A stretch of DNA of 64,000 nucleotides from the human T2T-CHM13v2.0 reference genome, Homo sapiens: the NCBI GenBank assembly GCA_009914755.4, contig CP086569.2:17760001-17824000 (forward strand). Reading direction: 5' to 3'. The notes below the pieces were generated by a model. That model did no database searches. It was not told the DNA's origin and worked only from the letters and a program-made list of their open reading frames with translations. Position 1 is the stretch's first letter, and every line of letters starts with the position of its first letter. The position numbers were made by a program, and so were the translations under genes. Positions 1-20,869 of the stretch are shown here, piece after piece.

Positions 1-271
1 TCTCCTCAGCAGCCAGTCCCTACAACAATTTAGGAAATAGCTGAGCAAAGGCCACATGCCTTAGGTGGTGGAAACAAAATTGAACAATTACACACAACCC
101 CATGCCCTCAAGAGTTTGGGATCCCTTGGAGAGGAAACTCAACATTTGACATTTCAAATATCCACTCATCTTTCAGTCTTCCTAACAGGCATACAGCCTT
201 CTTCTGGGAACTTTTTAAAAGAGTTCATACAAGTGATATTTGCATTTTATTGTAGATTTAACTTGTATGCC

Positions 272-574
272 TTTTTTTTTTTTTTTTTTTGAGAAGAGGG
301 GGTCTCAATCTGTGATCCAGACTGGATTGCAGTAGCATAATCTTGACTTACTGCAACCTCTGCCTCCCAGGTTCAAGTGATTCATCTGCCTCAGCCTTCT
401 GAGTAGCTGGGATTATAGGCACACACAACCATGTCCAGATAATTTTTGTATTTCAGTAGATATGGTGTTTCACAATGTTGACCAGGCTGGTCTCAAACCC
501 CTGAACTTGACTCATCTGCCCGTCTCAGCCTCCCAAAGTGTTAGGATTACAGGCAGGAACCACTGTACCTGGCC
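272..574 (-). mobile_element. Alu SINE, antisense; A-tail appears as T-run 272-290
   Basis: Reverse-complement Alu dimer consensus (gagacagggtct...cctcccaaagtg...ggattacaggc) ending in rc of ggccaggtacagtgg. Confidence 0.9.
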
Positions 575-606
575 AGTTTGCATTCTTAAAAACTACTGAT
601 TTCAAG

Positions 607-870
607 CCTTCCTTCCTTCCTTCCTTCCTTCCTTCCTTCCTTCCTTCCTTCCTTCCTGCTTTCCTGTCTTCCTGCCTTCCTCCCTCCCTTCCTCCCCTCC
701 TTCCTCCCTCCCTCCATAACTCCCTCCCCTTCCTTCCCCTCCCCCCTCCTTCCTTCCTTCCTTCATTCCTTCCTTCCTTCCATTCTCTCTCTTTCTTTCT
801 CTTTCTCTCCTTCCTTCCTTCCTTCCTTCCTTCCTTCCTTCCTTCCTTCCTTCCTTCCCTCCATCCTTCC
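607..870. repeat. (CCTT)n/(GGAA)n tetranucleotide microsatellite, ~260 bp, probably the expanded A-tail of the adjacent antisense Alu
   Basis: Uninterrupted ccttccttcctt runs with occasional ccct/ctct variants, directly abutting the 3' (tail) end of the Alu at 871. Confidence 0.9.
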
Positions 871-1130
871 TGTTTGACAGTGTCTCTCTCTGTTGCCCAG
901 GCTAGAGTGCAGTGGCATGATATTGGTGCACTGCAACTTCTGCCTCCTGGGGTTCAAGCAATTTTCCTGCATCAGCCAAGTGAGTAGTTGGGATAACAAA
1001 TGCCCGCCAACATGCCTGGCTAATTTTTGTGTTTTTTTTAGAGACAGGGTTCTTGAACTCTTTACCTCAAGTGATCTGCATACCTTGGCTTTGCAAATCA
1101 CTGGGATTACAAGTGTGAGCCATAGCACCT
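871..1130 (-). mobile_element. Alu SINE, antisense, 5'-truncated
   Basis: gtctctctctgttgcccaggctagagtgcagtggc...cactgggattacaagtgtgagccatagcacc is a reverse-complement Alu. Confidence 0.9.
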
Positions 1131-1462
1131 TGATGATGTTAAGTATCTTTACATATCCATAGGCACAGGTGTTTCTCACAGCTTACAGGCTATCAGAGGA
1201 ATATAAGTGTTTCACATACATACGTGACATTTATTTTCATGGTTGCCTCTTTGGGCAGATTTTTAAAAGTAAAACGATTCCTCATTGGATACTTAAAACA
1301 TCTCTTTCTGCCATTCTTCTCCAAGAAGCAGTAATTATCTTCCATATGTACAGCCTAGCATTTTATAATTGTACTAAATGTGAGTATATCCATAAAACTT
1401 TAGTAGATTTTATGATATTAGAATCTATAAATAATGCAAAGACTTCAACTCATAGGTTTTTA

Positions 1463-6847
<5,385 letters not shown>

Positions 6848-6964
6848 GAAATATTCACATTGTTTCAGGTAAATACAGTTTATATTTTTAAAACATCCAT
6901 TACTTATCTTATTATGAGAATATATCATGCAGCACAACCCTTTGACATTAATGGGCATTTGGAG

Positions 6965-6965
<1 letters not shown>

Positions 6966-7002
<37 letters not shown>
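6966..7002. repeat. (GT)n dinucleotide microsatellite (~18 units)
   Basis: gtgtgtgt... run. Confidence 0.95.
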
Positions 7003-7003
<1 letters not shown>

Positions 7004-7184
7004 CATGTCTGTGTTATATTTTGGTTTTTATTTACTTTCTTCCATGAGATGTTACAATAAAAATCCTTGCTAAACCCTCCTTCAGGGCACTTGCTAGACA
7101 GAATTAATAAATATATTAAAAGAAAAAATAGAGGAAGGGGGTTATTTTCATTTTCAACCTATTAAATAATGACATATTTTGTTT

Positions 7185-7495
7185 CATTTTGTTTTGTTTT
7201 GGAGACAGGATCTCACTCTTTCAGTCAGTCTAGAGTGCAGTCATGCAATCATGACTCATTGCAGCCTTGACCTCCAGTATCCAAACCATCCTCCCACTTC
7301 AGGCTCCTGTCTAGCTTGGACTATGGGCATGTGCCTTCACACCTGGCTATTTTTCAAAATTTTTTGTAAAGATGATGTCTCCCTGGGCAACCAGCCTATG
7401 TTGCCCTGGCTGGTTGTGAACTGTTGCACTCAAACAATCCTCTTGCCTCAGCCTCCCACAGTGCTGGGATTACAGGCTTAGGTCATTGTGCCTGG
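7185..7495 (-). mobile_element. Alu SINE, antisense (older, diverged)
   Basis: ttttggagacaggatctcactct...gcctcagcctcccacagtgctgggattacaggc. Confidence 0.85.
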
Positions 7496-7540
7496 TCCTC
7501 TTTTTATTTTCTCTTTTATTTGATAGCATCTTCTCATGTA

Positions 7541-7749
7541 GCCAAGGCTGGTCTCAAACTCTGGGCTCAGGTTTTTCTTCCAGCTTAACCTCTTGAGTAG
7601 CTAAGATTACAGGCCCTTGCCACAATTCTTGACTAATTTTTTAAATTTTTTGTAGAAATAGGGTCTCCCTGTGTTGCCCAGGCTGGTCTCAAACTCCTTG
7701 GTGTCGAGCAATCCTCCTTCTATGACCTCCCAAGCCACTGCGCCCCGCC
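7541..7749 (-). mobile_element. Alu-derived fragment(s), antisense, diverged (monomer-like)
   Basis: ggctggtctcaaactc...gagtagctaagattacaggc...gggtctccctgtgttgcccaggctggtctcaaactcc...ccactgcgccccgcc. Confidence 0.7.
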
Positions 7750-7754
7750 AAGTC

Positions 7755-7820
7755 TTTTGTTATTATTTTATTATTATTATTATTGTTGTTGTTGTTGTCA
7801 TTGTTGTTATTATAATAAAA
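7755..7820. repeat. (ATT)n/(GTT)n trinucleotide repeat
   Basis: attattattattgttgttgttgttgtcattgttgttatta. Confidence 0.9.
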
Positions 7821-8888
7821 ATGCATACTTCCATCAAAAGTAAAAAGGGAGTGCCTACTCCCCATAAGTTTACCAACTTCCAGGGTTCTGTGACATTAAT
7901 ACTTGATAAGCCATGATGTATAATTAAAATTACTTTTATTATAATTTGTAACTTTCTAATTACAAATTTTATTTATTCACGACCTTGTATTCCCCAGAAA
8001 AAAAAATTCATGTATTTTGCCTAATATTCTATGGAAAATCTGTGTTTGCTATAAAAATCAGACATTTCTCTCTGTTTGTTTATTGTACCTGTATCATCTA
8101 TGTATTACATATGTTGAAAGTAGATGGTTGGAAGGTCAAAATTGCCATCTTATTATGTCTGCGTTGTCTTATTGAAAATAAGCTCCTAATCATTTATCAG
8201 CTCTTTTCTTTATTGTACATATAAACTTATATAAAATAAAAATTCCAGTGGGTAACTAGAAGAATTGAAGAATGAAGCCACCAGCAGTACTATCAAGTAA
8301 AAAATTATTCCCCATGCACAGATTGCCTGTTTCACATATCATCACAACTGCACTGTTTTTATTAATATTTCACTCATTTCTCATCAGCACCATAAAATAT
8401 TTCCCATATTTTTGTTTTCATTTTAATTTTTTTGTCTTTGAAGAAAATGCTTTTGAATTTTTAAATTGTTTTCTCATTGTTGAATTGAACACAATATTTC
8501 ACTTCTTTGGGGTTTTTATTCAAAATTACAGGCTTGAGTCTCTATGCCTGGCCTGTAGCAGCTTTTGAAGGGACAAAAGTTGAGCCCATTCACACTTAGG
8601 GAGAAAAAAACATGAATTGAGCAAGAGAACTAGTTTTTTGTTTGGGATACTAACATGTGCTGGAAATCACCACCACTGAAAAAATGTAGGAGGAACAATA
8701 TTATGGAATTTGGATAAATCATAACAGCCTTACTTACTGTGTTCTGTTTTCTTTGGTTCTTCTCAGTGTCCTAGAAAGTGGCTGAAATCAGCTCAGAGCT
8801 ATAAACTAAGGACTGACTTCTAGGATGCTGATACCTCTTCACCTTTCCAGCATCCTGAGAGGATGTGATACCAACAAGTGTTCAATTA

Positions 8889-11430
<2,542 letters not shown>

Positions 11431-12183
11431 AAGAGGTTTGTACCTCTTTATTTTATTCATTGTGTTTGTTCATTAGTACCTTTCAGTTAAATGCAGACTA
11501 CCTATCTCTCCCCCACCACGTCTAACTGAATTTTTCTCCAGCTACGTAGAATACTTTAAATACGTCCATACTTAAGTAGTCTCCTTCCAGGCTATTGCAT
11601 TTTCCCTACTGCTGCTGTAAAAAATCAACACTAATTTAGTTGCCCAAAACATGATCCATTTAGAATCTGGCAGTTCTCTAGATCAGAAGTCCAACACAGT
11701 TTTCTCTGGGCAAAAATCAATGTCTTGGCAGACTGTGTTCTTTTTTGGAAGCATTTTCAAGGAATTTGTTTTCAGGTTAACTCAAGTTGTTGCCAAACTA
11801 ACACCTAATTTTGTCGCTGGCTGTCAGTTAAGGGTTATACCCAGATTCTAGAGGCTGCCAACCTTTCTGGGAAAGAGGTCCCCTTCCTCCTCCTAAAAGC
11901 GATTAATGCTGCATTCATCCTTCTCAGGTCATATAACTAGGACACCTCCTTAACTGCACATTTTCACCTTGAAAAACTCATGTGATGAGATATGGTTTAT
12001 CTGGATGAATCACCCCATCTCAAAGTCCTTAATCACATTTACAAAGTCCCGTTTGCCAGGTAACGTCAAATGTTCACCGGTTTCAGGATAGCCACTTCTG
12101 GAGGGCCATTCCTGTGCTTACAACAGAAATTGTGTCTCTTAATTTGATAGAAAGCTTTGGATCATCACGCAAGACTTTGTGAA

Positions 12184-12690
12184 GGATGATGATGCTGGTG
12201 ATGATGATAGTGATGGTGATAGTGATGGTGCTGAGGCTGATGGCAGTGCTGATGACGATGATGGGGATGATGACAATGAGAGGGTCATGGAGATGATGGG
12301 AATGATGATGATGATAATTGTAGGGATGATGGTGATGGTGATAATGATAGCGATGGTGATGATAATGGGAATGATGGTGATAACGATGATAGTGATGGTG
12401 ATGATGATGGGAGTGATGATAATGATGAGGATGATGATGATAATGGTGATAATAGTGATGATGGTGATGATGATAATGATGGCAAAGATGATGGTGATGA
12501 TAATGATAATTGCGCTGATGATAATAATAATTGTGGTGATGATAATAATAATGGTGGTGATAAGAATGATGGTGATGGATGATGATGATGGTGATGATGA
12601 TAATGATGGTGTTGAGGGTGGTGATGATGGTGATGATAGTGAAGACAATGATAGTGATGATCATTGTAATATGGTAGTGATAGTAATTAT
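12184..12690. repeat. Imperfect (GAT/GGT/AAT)n = (GATGGT)n-type minisatellite, ~500 bp
   Basis: gatgatggtgatgatgatagtgatggtgat... Triplet periodicity leaves all three minus-strand frames open, which produces the His-, Ile/Thr- and Ser-rich pseudo-ORFs. Confidence 0.9.
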
Positions 12691-13254
12691 AAGATTATAA
12701 AATCTCATTGCTGTACAGATTTAATCAGATAGAATGTTGTTGAAAAGCATGAGATAATAAAGAAATTGAGGTATTTTTTCTTTCCTACTTATGTACAAAT
12801 GTCATGTCCAACTTACAAACATATCCAGGACAAGACCACACTTTATGTTATACTTTTAAGGTCTTCCCTGTAGAATAAATTGAGCCTTTTATTATCAAGT
12901 TTTCTTATCTTTTCTTAACTCCCTTGGTTGACTGCTTTTCAGATTTAGGTGATGTGTCCCCTGTTAAGGAGTTGAAGCTGGCTAACATAACTGCCCATGA
13001 TGATTTTCCTAAAGTTCGGTAACTATAAGATCTAAGAACCCTATGGGCTTAGTGACCATACCCAGTCTGAATGTAGCTTTGTTGTTTAGAAAGCTATGAG
13101 TAATTTTAGTTCGTACTAGAAAATGAGACATAGTGCCTTATGAAAGTAACACTTTGAGAAAGAATGGAAGGAAATGTACTCTAGCAAATGAACCCACAGC
13201 TCAGTTCAAATGGATCAACAGTGCCATTTGTGATGTTTACATTTCTTTGATTTA

Positions 13255-13385
13255 AAAACACATTTATTTAAAATATATATATTTAAAACCCATTTATATA
13301 TATTAAATATGTATATACACATATGTTAAATACCCATTTATTAAAATGCACATACACACACGTGCACATGCACACACACACCTAT
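13255..13385. repeat. Low-complexity (TA)n/(CA)n-rich stretch
   Basis: atatatatatttaaaac...cacatacacacacgtgcacatgcacacacacacc. Confidence 0.7.
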
Positions 13386-13418
13386 TCTTGGATTTTATTT
13401 GAGCAGAGATGAATCCAG

Positions 13419-13760
13419 CTGATATGGTTTGCTTATGTCCCCACCTAAATCTCATCTTGAATTGTAAATCCCCATGTGTCAAGGATGGGGCCAACTGAAT
13501 CATGGGGGTGGATTCCACCATACTGTTCTCATGGTCGTGAATAAATCTCACAAGGTCTCATGGTTTTATAAGTGGGAGTTTCTCTGCACAAGCTCTCTTG
13601 GCTGCTGCCATGTAAGACACGACTTTGCTCCTCCTTGCCTTACACCCTGAGTGTAAGGCCTCCCAAACTTATGGAACTGTGAGTCCACTAACCTCTTTTG
13701 TTTATAAATTACCCTGTTTTGGGTATATATTTATTAGCAGCATGAGAACAGACAAATATG
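13419..13760 (+). mobile_element. MaLR LTR (THE1/MST-like) solo LTR
   Basis: gatatggtttgcttatgtccccacctaaatctcatcttgaattgtaa...aatcatgggggtgg...ctcatggttttataagtgggagtt...taaattaccc...ttattagcagcatgagaacagac follows the THE1/MST LTR consensus. Confidence 0.7.
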
Positions 13761-14030
<270 letters not shown>

Positions 14031-14874
14031 AGTCCATTCTCAGGGAATTCCTAAGAGCAAGGATCTGAGTGACTGACTGTAGTATAGCTTATAAAAGATT
14101 CCTTAAAGGAAACCAGAATGGGTGGCTCTGTTCTGCTTACGTTGCACTCTTGTTTGGCCAAGTTACTGATCTTCAGTTAAATACACTCCTACTCTATTTG
14201 AAAGGGATCCATGGGGTGGTGTTGGTGCTCATTAATTAATTACAGTTTGATTCATTAACGAAGAGTGATGAAGTAAGTGATTTGACCGACTTAGGGAATA
14301 TTTTCTTTCAAGTTGTAACTTAGAAAACAACCCCATATATCTGATCTCTGCTTCGAAAGGGAAGAAGGGTAAGAGAACACCATGCCCTTTTAAGGAGTTT
14401 GTGTCTTGAAAAAAATAGGCAGAAGTGTACACTAGAATTATATTTTGGGTACCAATAAGTGCAAGCATTGGCCTGTTCCCTAAGGGAATATCATAGGCAT
14501 AGATTCAGGGAGCTGGATGCCATGTCATGGAAGCTTCTGCAAAGTGCCAGAAGAAATCTGCTTTTATCTTTCTTTAATACCAAGTGTATTTATTGGAGAG
14601 TAAAACTTCAACATACTGAATAGTTGCTTGAGATATGCCTTAAAATTAAAGGTAAAGGTAAGATGTGTGTGTTTAGTCTTTATGAGAGCTTTCTAACCCT
14701 GTCTCACTCCCTCAACATGCCAACAAATCAAAAGTCACAAAATGGAAGGAAGATAATGATTCTCAATACAATTATATGCCCTTGGAAGGTTACAGGACCA
14801 AACTATTGGGTCCTTTGATCCAAACATTTGTCTTCAATAACCTCTACTCAGTCACTGCAAATAAATTACTAGAC

Positions 14875-15146
14875 CAGAATCCTTTGCTAAGTTTTAGACT
14901 CTAATAAAACATATATTGAATATATTTATATTATATATTAGTTATATAATATAAGTATAAAATATGTCCTTTTTATTTTATTCAATACAAATGTATTAAT
15001 ATTAATATATTTATAAATATATTAAATATTAAACATAATTATATTAAATATCAACATATTAAATATTAAATATGAACATGTTGAATATGTTTAACATATT
15101 TAACATAGTAAATAAATATATTCATTAAATATAAACATATTATAAG
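14875..15146. repeat. AT-rich low-complexity / degenerate (TATAT, TTAAATA)n region
   Basis: atatattgaatatatttatattatatattagttatataat... Confidence 0.7.
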
Positions 15147-15427
15147 TTTTTTTTGAGTTGGAGTCTCATTCTATTGCCCAGGTTGAAGTGCTGTGGTGTG
15201 ATCTCTGCTTACCACAACTTATGCCTTCTAGGTTCAAGCTATTCTCCTTCCTTAGCCTCTAAAGTAGCTGGGCTTTCAGGTGCACACCACCACACTGGGC
15301 TAATTTTTGTGTTTTTAGTAGAGATGGGGTTTCACCATGTTGGCCAGGCTAGTCTCAAATTCTTCACCTCAGTTGATCCACCTGCCTTGGCCTCCCAAAC
15401 TACTGGGATAACAGGTGTGAGCCAAGA
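15147..15427 (-). mobile_element. Alu SINE, antisense
   Basis: ttttttgagttggagtctcattctattgcccaggttgaagtg...ggataacaggtgtgagccaag. Confidence 0.9.
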
Positions 15428-15757
15428 TATTGGGATTACACCCAGACAAGATATTAAAATATATTTAATAGACACAACTGTACCTCACACATATACATTT
15501 GAATATCGCATAAATATCTTTAATATATTTATCCAAAATGAATCTAAAATTAGCTAAAGGATTCCAGATTTATAAGAGGAAGACTGTTATAATTTGTCCA
15601 AATTGCATAATATTCTTCCTCCTATATTTCTTATGGGATGATGATTTCCAACACATGTTAATATCCCAAACACAAAAATGAGGGCTCATGGTTCATTCAT
15701 TGTTGTCTCCTTAATTATTATTGGGCTCAACCTTTATCCCTTCAAAATCTCCTACAG

Positions 15758-16050
15758 GCCAGCCATAGTGGCTAAAGCCTGTAATCCCAGCACTTCTGGA
15801 AACTGAAGTGGGAGGATCATTTGAGCCCAGGAATTTGAGACCACTATGGGCAACATAGTGACACCCAGTCTCTACAAAAAAATCAAAAACTTAGCCAGGT
15901 GTGGTGGCATGTGCCTGTGGTATCAGCTACTTGGGAGGCTGAGGTAGGAAGACCTCTTGAGCCCAAGAGATAAAGGCTGAAGTGAACTGTGATCACTTCA
16001 CTACATTCCACCCTGGATAACAGAGCAAGACCCTGTCTCAGAGGAAAAAA
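15758..16050 (+). mobile_element. Alu SINE, sense
   Basis: ggccagccatagtggctaaagcctgtaatcccagcact...ctgtctcagaggaaaaaaaaa. Confidence 0.9.
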
Positions 16051-16377
16051 AAATCATATATGGAATTCAAAAGACACCAGGATGCCTAAATAGTTGAAAA
16101 GAGATCATTTTGGTGATAATTGGTTTGCAAACTTGGAAGACTTCAAACTTGCAAAATTCTGGGGCTGACTGAAGACACCCTCTTTTTGAAGAGGAGAAGG
16201 ATATGTTGGTTTTTATACTTCACAATGTCCATATTACATGATAGAATTCACATGTTCATCAGGGTTGGGAAGAAAGCTATTCATATTTATGAGAGGAGCC
16301 AAGTACATGCAGATTGGGTAAACATATATGTGACATACATCCCATGTTCACTTTGATGTGAAATTTTAGCATTAAAA

Positions 16378-16475
16378 TGGTGATGGTGGTGGTGATGATG
16401 GTGATGGTAATGGTGATGGTAATAATGATGGTAATGGTGGTGCTGATGATGGTTATGACAATGATAAGGTGGAAT
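16378..16475. repeat. Second, shorter (GGTGAT)n minisatellite copy
   Basis: tgatggtggtggtgatgatggtgatggtaatggtgatggtaataatgatggtaatggtggtgctgatgatgg. Same repeat type as 12184-12690. Confidence 0.85.
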
Positions 16476-16921
16476 TAGGCTCTTTTTGTCAAAAAGTGAG
16501 CAATAGGACACAAAGACAAGGTCGTGTACAGCTACTGTAAGCTGCTGAAACTGATAGTTAGGTCTGCAGTTGCTTATTGGAAAAGAATGTTTGTGGGGCC
16601 AGTCCTCTGTCCAGTTAGAGTTGTAGTGGTCTGGGTTCAAAATCTGAGTTGGAAGGCATTGTATAATTTGCCTGATTGCTGCTATCATAGGGAGTTGGGC
16701 CATAGGAATTTAGAAATTTGCCTTCCCAACCAGAGACTGAATGCTTCACCCACAGATAACTTTTGTTTCCTTAATTTTAGGATCCCTCTTTTTTTATGAA
16801 AGGGCATTTTTCTTCGATCTGTCAGATCATGTAAGACAGGTGAGTTAAATGACACATCATAAGCATTCATTGAAACAATGGCCAGTGCTTGGCAGTACTG
16901 AAACTTAAAAGACAATCAAAG

Positions 16922-17169
16922 TTGGGCATAACCTCAGCACTTTGGGAGGCTGAGGTGAGTGGATCACTTAAAATCAGGATTTCAACATGGTGAAACCCCA
17001 TCTCTATGAAAAATACACACCGAAATTTAGCTGGGCTTGGTGGTATGTGCCTGTAATCCCATATACTCGAGAGGCTGAGGCAGGAAAATTCCTTCACCTG
17101 GGAGGTGGAGGTTGCAGTGAGCCAAGATTGCACCACTACACTCCTAGGCAATGGAGTGAGACCTTGTCT

Positions 17170-17211
<42 letters not shown>

Positions 17212-17230
17212 AAAAAAGAAAAAAAAAAGG
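16922..17230 (+). mobile_element. Alu SINE, sense, 5'-truncated by ~20 bp, with a very long (~45 nt) pure A tail followed by A-rich sequence
   Basis: cagcactttgggaggctgaggtgagtggatcactt...agaccttgtctc + long aaaa... run. Confidence 0.9.
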
Positions 17231-18389
17231 AAACCAATAAAATTTCTTGCTGACTACATTTACCAATGAATTAATAATTTTGTTAACTCTGAACGATAGG
17301 TTGAAGATATTTTGAGAAGAATTTTATTTCTGGCTATTAAGTTGATGGCCTTATTTAGTAGGAACACAAGGTTATTATTATTTTCAGAGTCTTTTGCAAT
17401 GGCACATTTGTTCTACTTAATGTGACCAACAGTTATTTTTGCTTACAAAATCCATGGATTATGGCATGTGTCTCAGATATTTATTACTTTTCTCTTCCAG
17501 CCACAAACATATCTCAGCATGTTAGATGGTCTGCCTAATTATATTTCAAAGAAAAACCTTTATTTTGAATATTACACTGAATGATTATCAACATGGCATA
17601 GATTAAAAAGGATAATTAGGACTGTTTCCATAGCAACTCACTTGTAATAGTAAATTTTAAAAATTCTGCAAAAACAATTTGATACAGGTTATAAATCACA
17701 CATTTTTAAAACCAGAAATTTTCCACTGTGCATCCTATACTTATTCTAATGTAGTCTTGTTTTCTCTTCAGAAGATAATTTAAATATCAATTCAGCTCAA
17801 TTTTATTGCATTTATCTTTGCAGTAAGTCAGTCATTTTACAGTCTAAGTTGAGTTTTCAATAAACTATTTAGAATGACAGGAACATTGCCATTTTGATAC
17901 AGGTATATTTCTGAATATTTCTGCATCTGGTATTTGGAATGTAGTTTTAAAAAGTAATTGTTTTGTCTTGAGAGTAAGTGTTTAGTGTCATACTATTCAC
18001 TGCATTAGAGACTAAGTGAATAATAAAAATTGTATGTAGCTCATTCTAGAAGAATGTCAAGTCAACCCAGAGGCATTGGAGTTAACTATTCCTAAAATCT
18101 TTTGATTTTTTTTCCTGAAGATATTCTGAAAATATGAACAGATTACCTAAATGGTTTAGAGTAATTTTGAAAAATCAACAATTGTAACATTTATATTGGA
18201 GAGTGAAGCATATATACTAAGTTGGATTTTATCGAATGATTCTAAATCCTTATAAAAAGTTACCACCTGAAAACAACGATCTTATTTTGGTGTTGATGTT
18301 TTATCTTCAAAGAACGTGTGTCATAAATGTTGAATCAAATTCCAGCAGCATTGACGTTTTCTGGCTATTTTTTGGCTTTCTGTGTTTGT

Positions 18390-18792
18390 TTGCTTGTTTG
18401 TTTGTTTCTTTTTGAGACAGAATCTCATTCTGTCACTCATGCTGGAGTACAGTGACAGATCTTGGCTCACTGCAATCTCTACATCCCAGGTTCAAGCAGT
18501 TCCTCCGCCTCAGCCTCCCGAGTAGCTGGTACTATAGATACCACCACCATGCCCAGGTTATTTACTTATTTATTTATTTATTCCCAGGCTCATGCCATTC
18601 TCCTGCCTCAGCCTCCCGAGTAGCTGGGACTACAGGCACCCGCCACCATACCTAGCTAATTTTTTTTTGTTTTTAATAGAGACAGGGTTTCACCGTGTTA
18701 GCCAGGATGGTCTCGATCTCCTGACCTCATGATCCACCCGCTTCGGCCTCGCAGAATGCTGAGATTACAAGCGTGAGCCACCGCACCTGGCC
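18390..18792 (-). mobile_element. Antisense Alu composite: a right-arm partial copy joined to a nearly full Alu by a (TTTA)n run
   Basis: ctttttgagacagaatctcattctgtcactcatgctggagtacagtg...ttatttacttatttatttatttattc then ccaggctcatgccattctcctgcctcagcctcccgag...gcgtgagccaccgcacctggcc. Confidence 0.8.
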
Positions 18793-18929
18793 AATTTTTT
18801 TTGTGTTGTTATTAGAGACAGGGTTTTGCATGTTGGCCAGATTGGTCTCCAACTGCTGACTTCAAGTGACCTGCCTGTGTCGCCCTCCTAAAATGCTGAG
18901 ATTACACGCATGGACCATTGCTCCTGGCC
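18793..18929 (-). mobile_element. Free left Alu monomer-like fragment (FLAM-like), antisense
   Basis: ttttttttgtgttgttattagagacagggttttgcatgttggccagattggtctccaactgctgacttcaagtgacc...gctgagattacacgcatggaccattgctcctggcc. Confidence 0.7.
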
Positions 18930-19149
18930 TCTCACTTTGAATTTCTATAATTGAGTTGGGAATTTGAGTACACATTTGACAAGTATTTATCTTGTGCCTA
19001 CTTTGTGTGGCAAACCAGAAAATGCTGGGAATATAGCAACACACACGGAGCTGGAAATCGTGTAGGGAGAGAGGCAATAAACAAACTTATATGATATGGT
19101 ATCAAGTCCTCATAGTTGCAGGCACTATAACAAAACAATTATAAATATA

Positions 19150-19375
19150 GCAAAGAGTGTCTGGAAACTACAGCCCATGGGCCAGGTGTTGCTCTCCGCC
19201 CATTTTTGTAAATAAAGTTTTATTGGAACACTACCACACTCATTCACTTGTATACAGCATATGAATGCTTTCCCACTAAACAGCAGAGTTAAGCATATGT
19301 GACTGAAAGCACTGACCCACAAAGCCTAAAATATCTATTATCTGACCAATTGCAAAACAGTTGGAGACCCCTGGT
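19150..19375. mobile_element. Short non-autonomous DNA-transposon (MER-type MITE) fragment; family uncertain
   Basis: Terminal inverted-repeat-like ends gtctggaaactacagcccatgggccag ... cagttggagacccctggt, and the internal motif tgtaaataaagttttattggaacac...aaagcctaaaatat, which I recognise from a human MER consensus. Confidence 0.4.
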
Positions 19376-19574
19376 ATAGAGATTTTAGGATTGTTCCATT
19401 TTATTACAGGATGGAAAGAGGGTGTCTATGAGGATGTAAATTTTCAGCAGCATGATTTCTTTTGAGAGTCCCCCTACAAAAAAGAAAAAAAAAATCCCAG
19501 TCAAGTCACAACATAGAATATTGGATTTTAAAATGTGATGTGTGTTGGAGGTGAAGTGTCCATATTTTCTTTCT

Positions 19575-19852
19575 TTTTTTTTTTTTTTTTTTTTATGATT
19601 TTTGTCTCTCTCTATCACCCAGGCTGGAGTGCAGTGGTGTGATCTGGGCTCAGTAAAACCTCCATCTCCAGGTTCAAGATATTTCTTCTGCCTCAGCCTC
19701 CCGAGTAGCTGGGACTACAGGCACGTGTCACCAAACCCAGCTAATTGTTTTTATTTTTCACAGAGACAGGGTTCACCATGTTGGCCAGGCTGGTCTCAAA
19801 CTCCTGATCTCATGTGATCTGCCTGCCTCAGCCTCCCAAAGTTCTGTAATTA
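19575..19852 (-). mobile_element. Alu SINE, antisense, 5'-truncated
   Basis: (t)n gtctctctctatcacccaggctggagtgcagtggtg...gcctcagcctcccaaagttctgtaattac. Confidence 0.85.
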
Positions 19853-20422
19853 CACATATTTTATTTAATAGTTACAAGTATCCTTGTGAGTTTAATCTTT
19901 TACTTTTTTATTTTGAGATGGTCTCTGAGGAAGTTGCAAAAATAGCAGAGTCCCATATAATGCTTCACCCCATCCGTGTTCAATGATGACACCTTACATA
20001 ACCGTAATATGTTATAAAAACCAGGAAATTGGCATTGGTAAAATCCTGGTAAGGAAACTACACAACTTATTCAGTTTTTACTACTTTTTATAGTTCCAAA
20101 ATAATGTATTTTTGTATTTGTGTGTATAATTCTATGCCATTTTATCCCATGTGTAGACTCACATAGCTACACATCAAGATTAAAAAGTGTTCCACTGTAA
20201 CAAAACATGCCCCTCCTGTTGCTTATGTTAGCACCTGCTGCACCCATGCAATTTTCCTGACAACCAGTTATCTCTCTCTATCTCTGTCATGTCGTCATTT
20301 TGAGTATATCTTGTAAATGCAATAATGCAATATATGACCTTTAGAGATGTACATTTTTCATTTTCATTTCACTTCAAAATGCCTTTACATCTACTTTGGT
20401 TGTTGAGTGCATCAATATTTAA

Positions 20423-20824
<402 letters not shown>

Positions 20825-20869
20825 TGAATGACATTTTATTTCTTCCAAAGTTTTTAATCTTTTAAATTT

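Noticed and set aside
1-270. ORF 65-292 (75 aa) in the leftmost unique sequence as a possible exon
   Set aside because: It runs into the Alu T-tail (FFFFFF). It has no recognisable domain and no splice-site support that I can see. It is most likely a chance ORF in AT-rich sequence.
607-870. Regularly spaced short repeats that could superficially resemble a CRISPR array (also 29188-29512, 39445-39625)
   Set aside because: These are unit-length 2-4 bp microsatellites with no spacers. The sequence is primate nuclear DNA, where CRISPR arrays do not occur.
538-1179. ORFs 538-987 (+), 763-1179 (-) and 893-1162 (+) with SFLPSFLP / EGRKEGRK repeats
   Set aside because: These are translations of the (CCTT)n microsatellite and the flanking Alu. 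The analogous ORFs 29041-29547 (-), 29085-29537 (-), 29165-29539 (-) and 29182-29397 (+) are translations of the polypurine microsatellite.
12083-12700. Long ORFs (193, 169, 173 and 66 aa) encoding His/Tyr-, Ile/Thr-, Asp/Gly/Met- and Ser-rich proteins
   Set aside because: They lie entirely inside the (GATGGT)n minisatellite. The triplet periodicity removes stop codons from several frames. There is no start context or flanking gene structure, and the compositions are typical of translated simple repeats.
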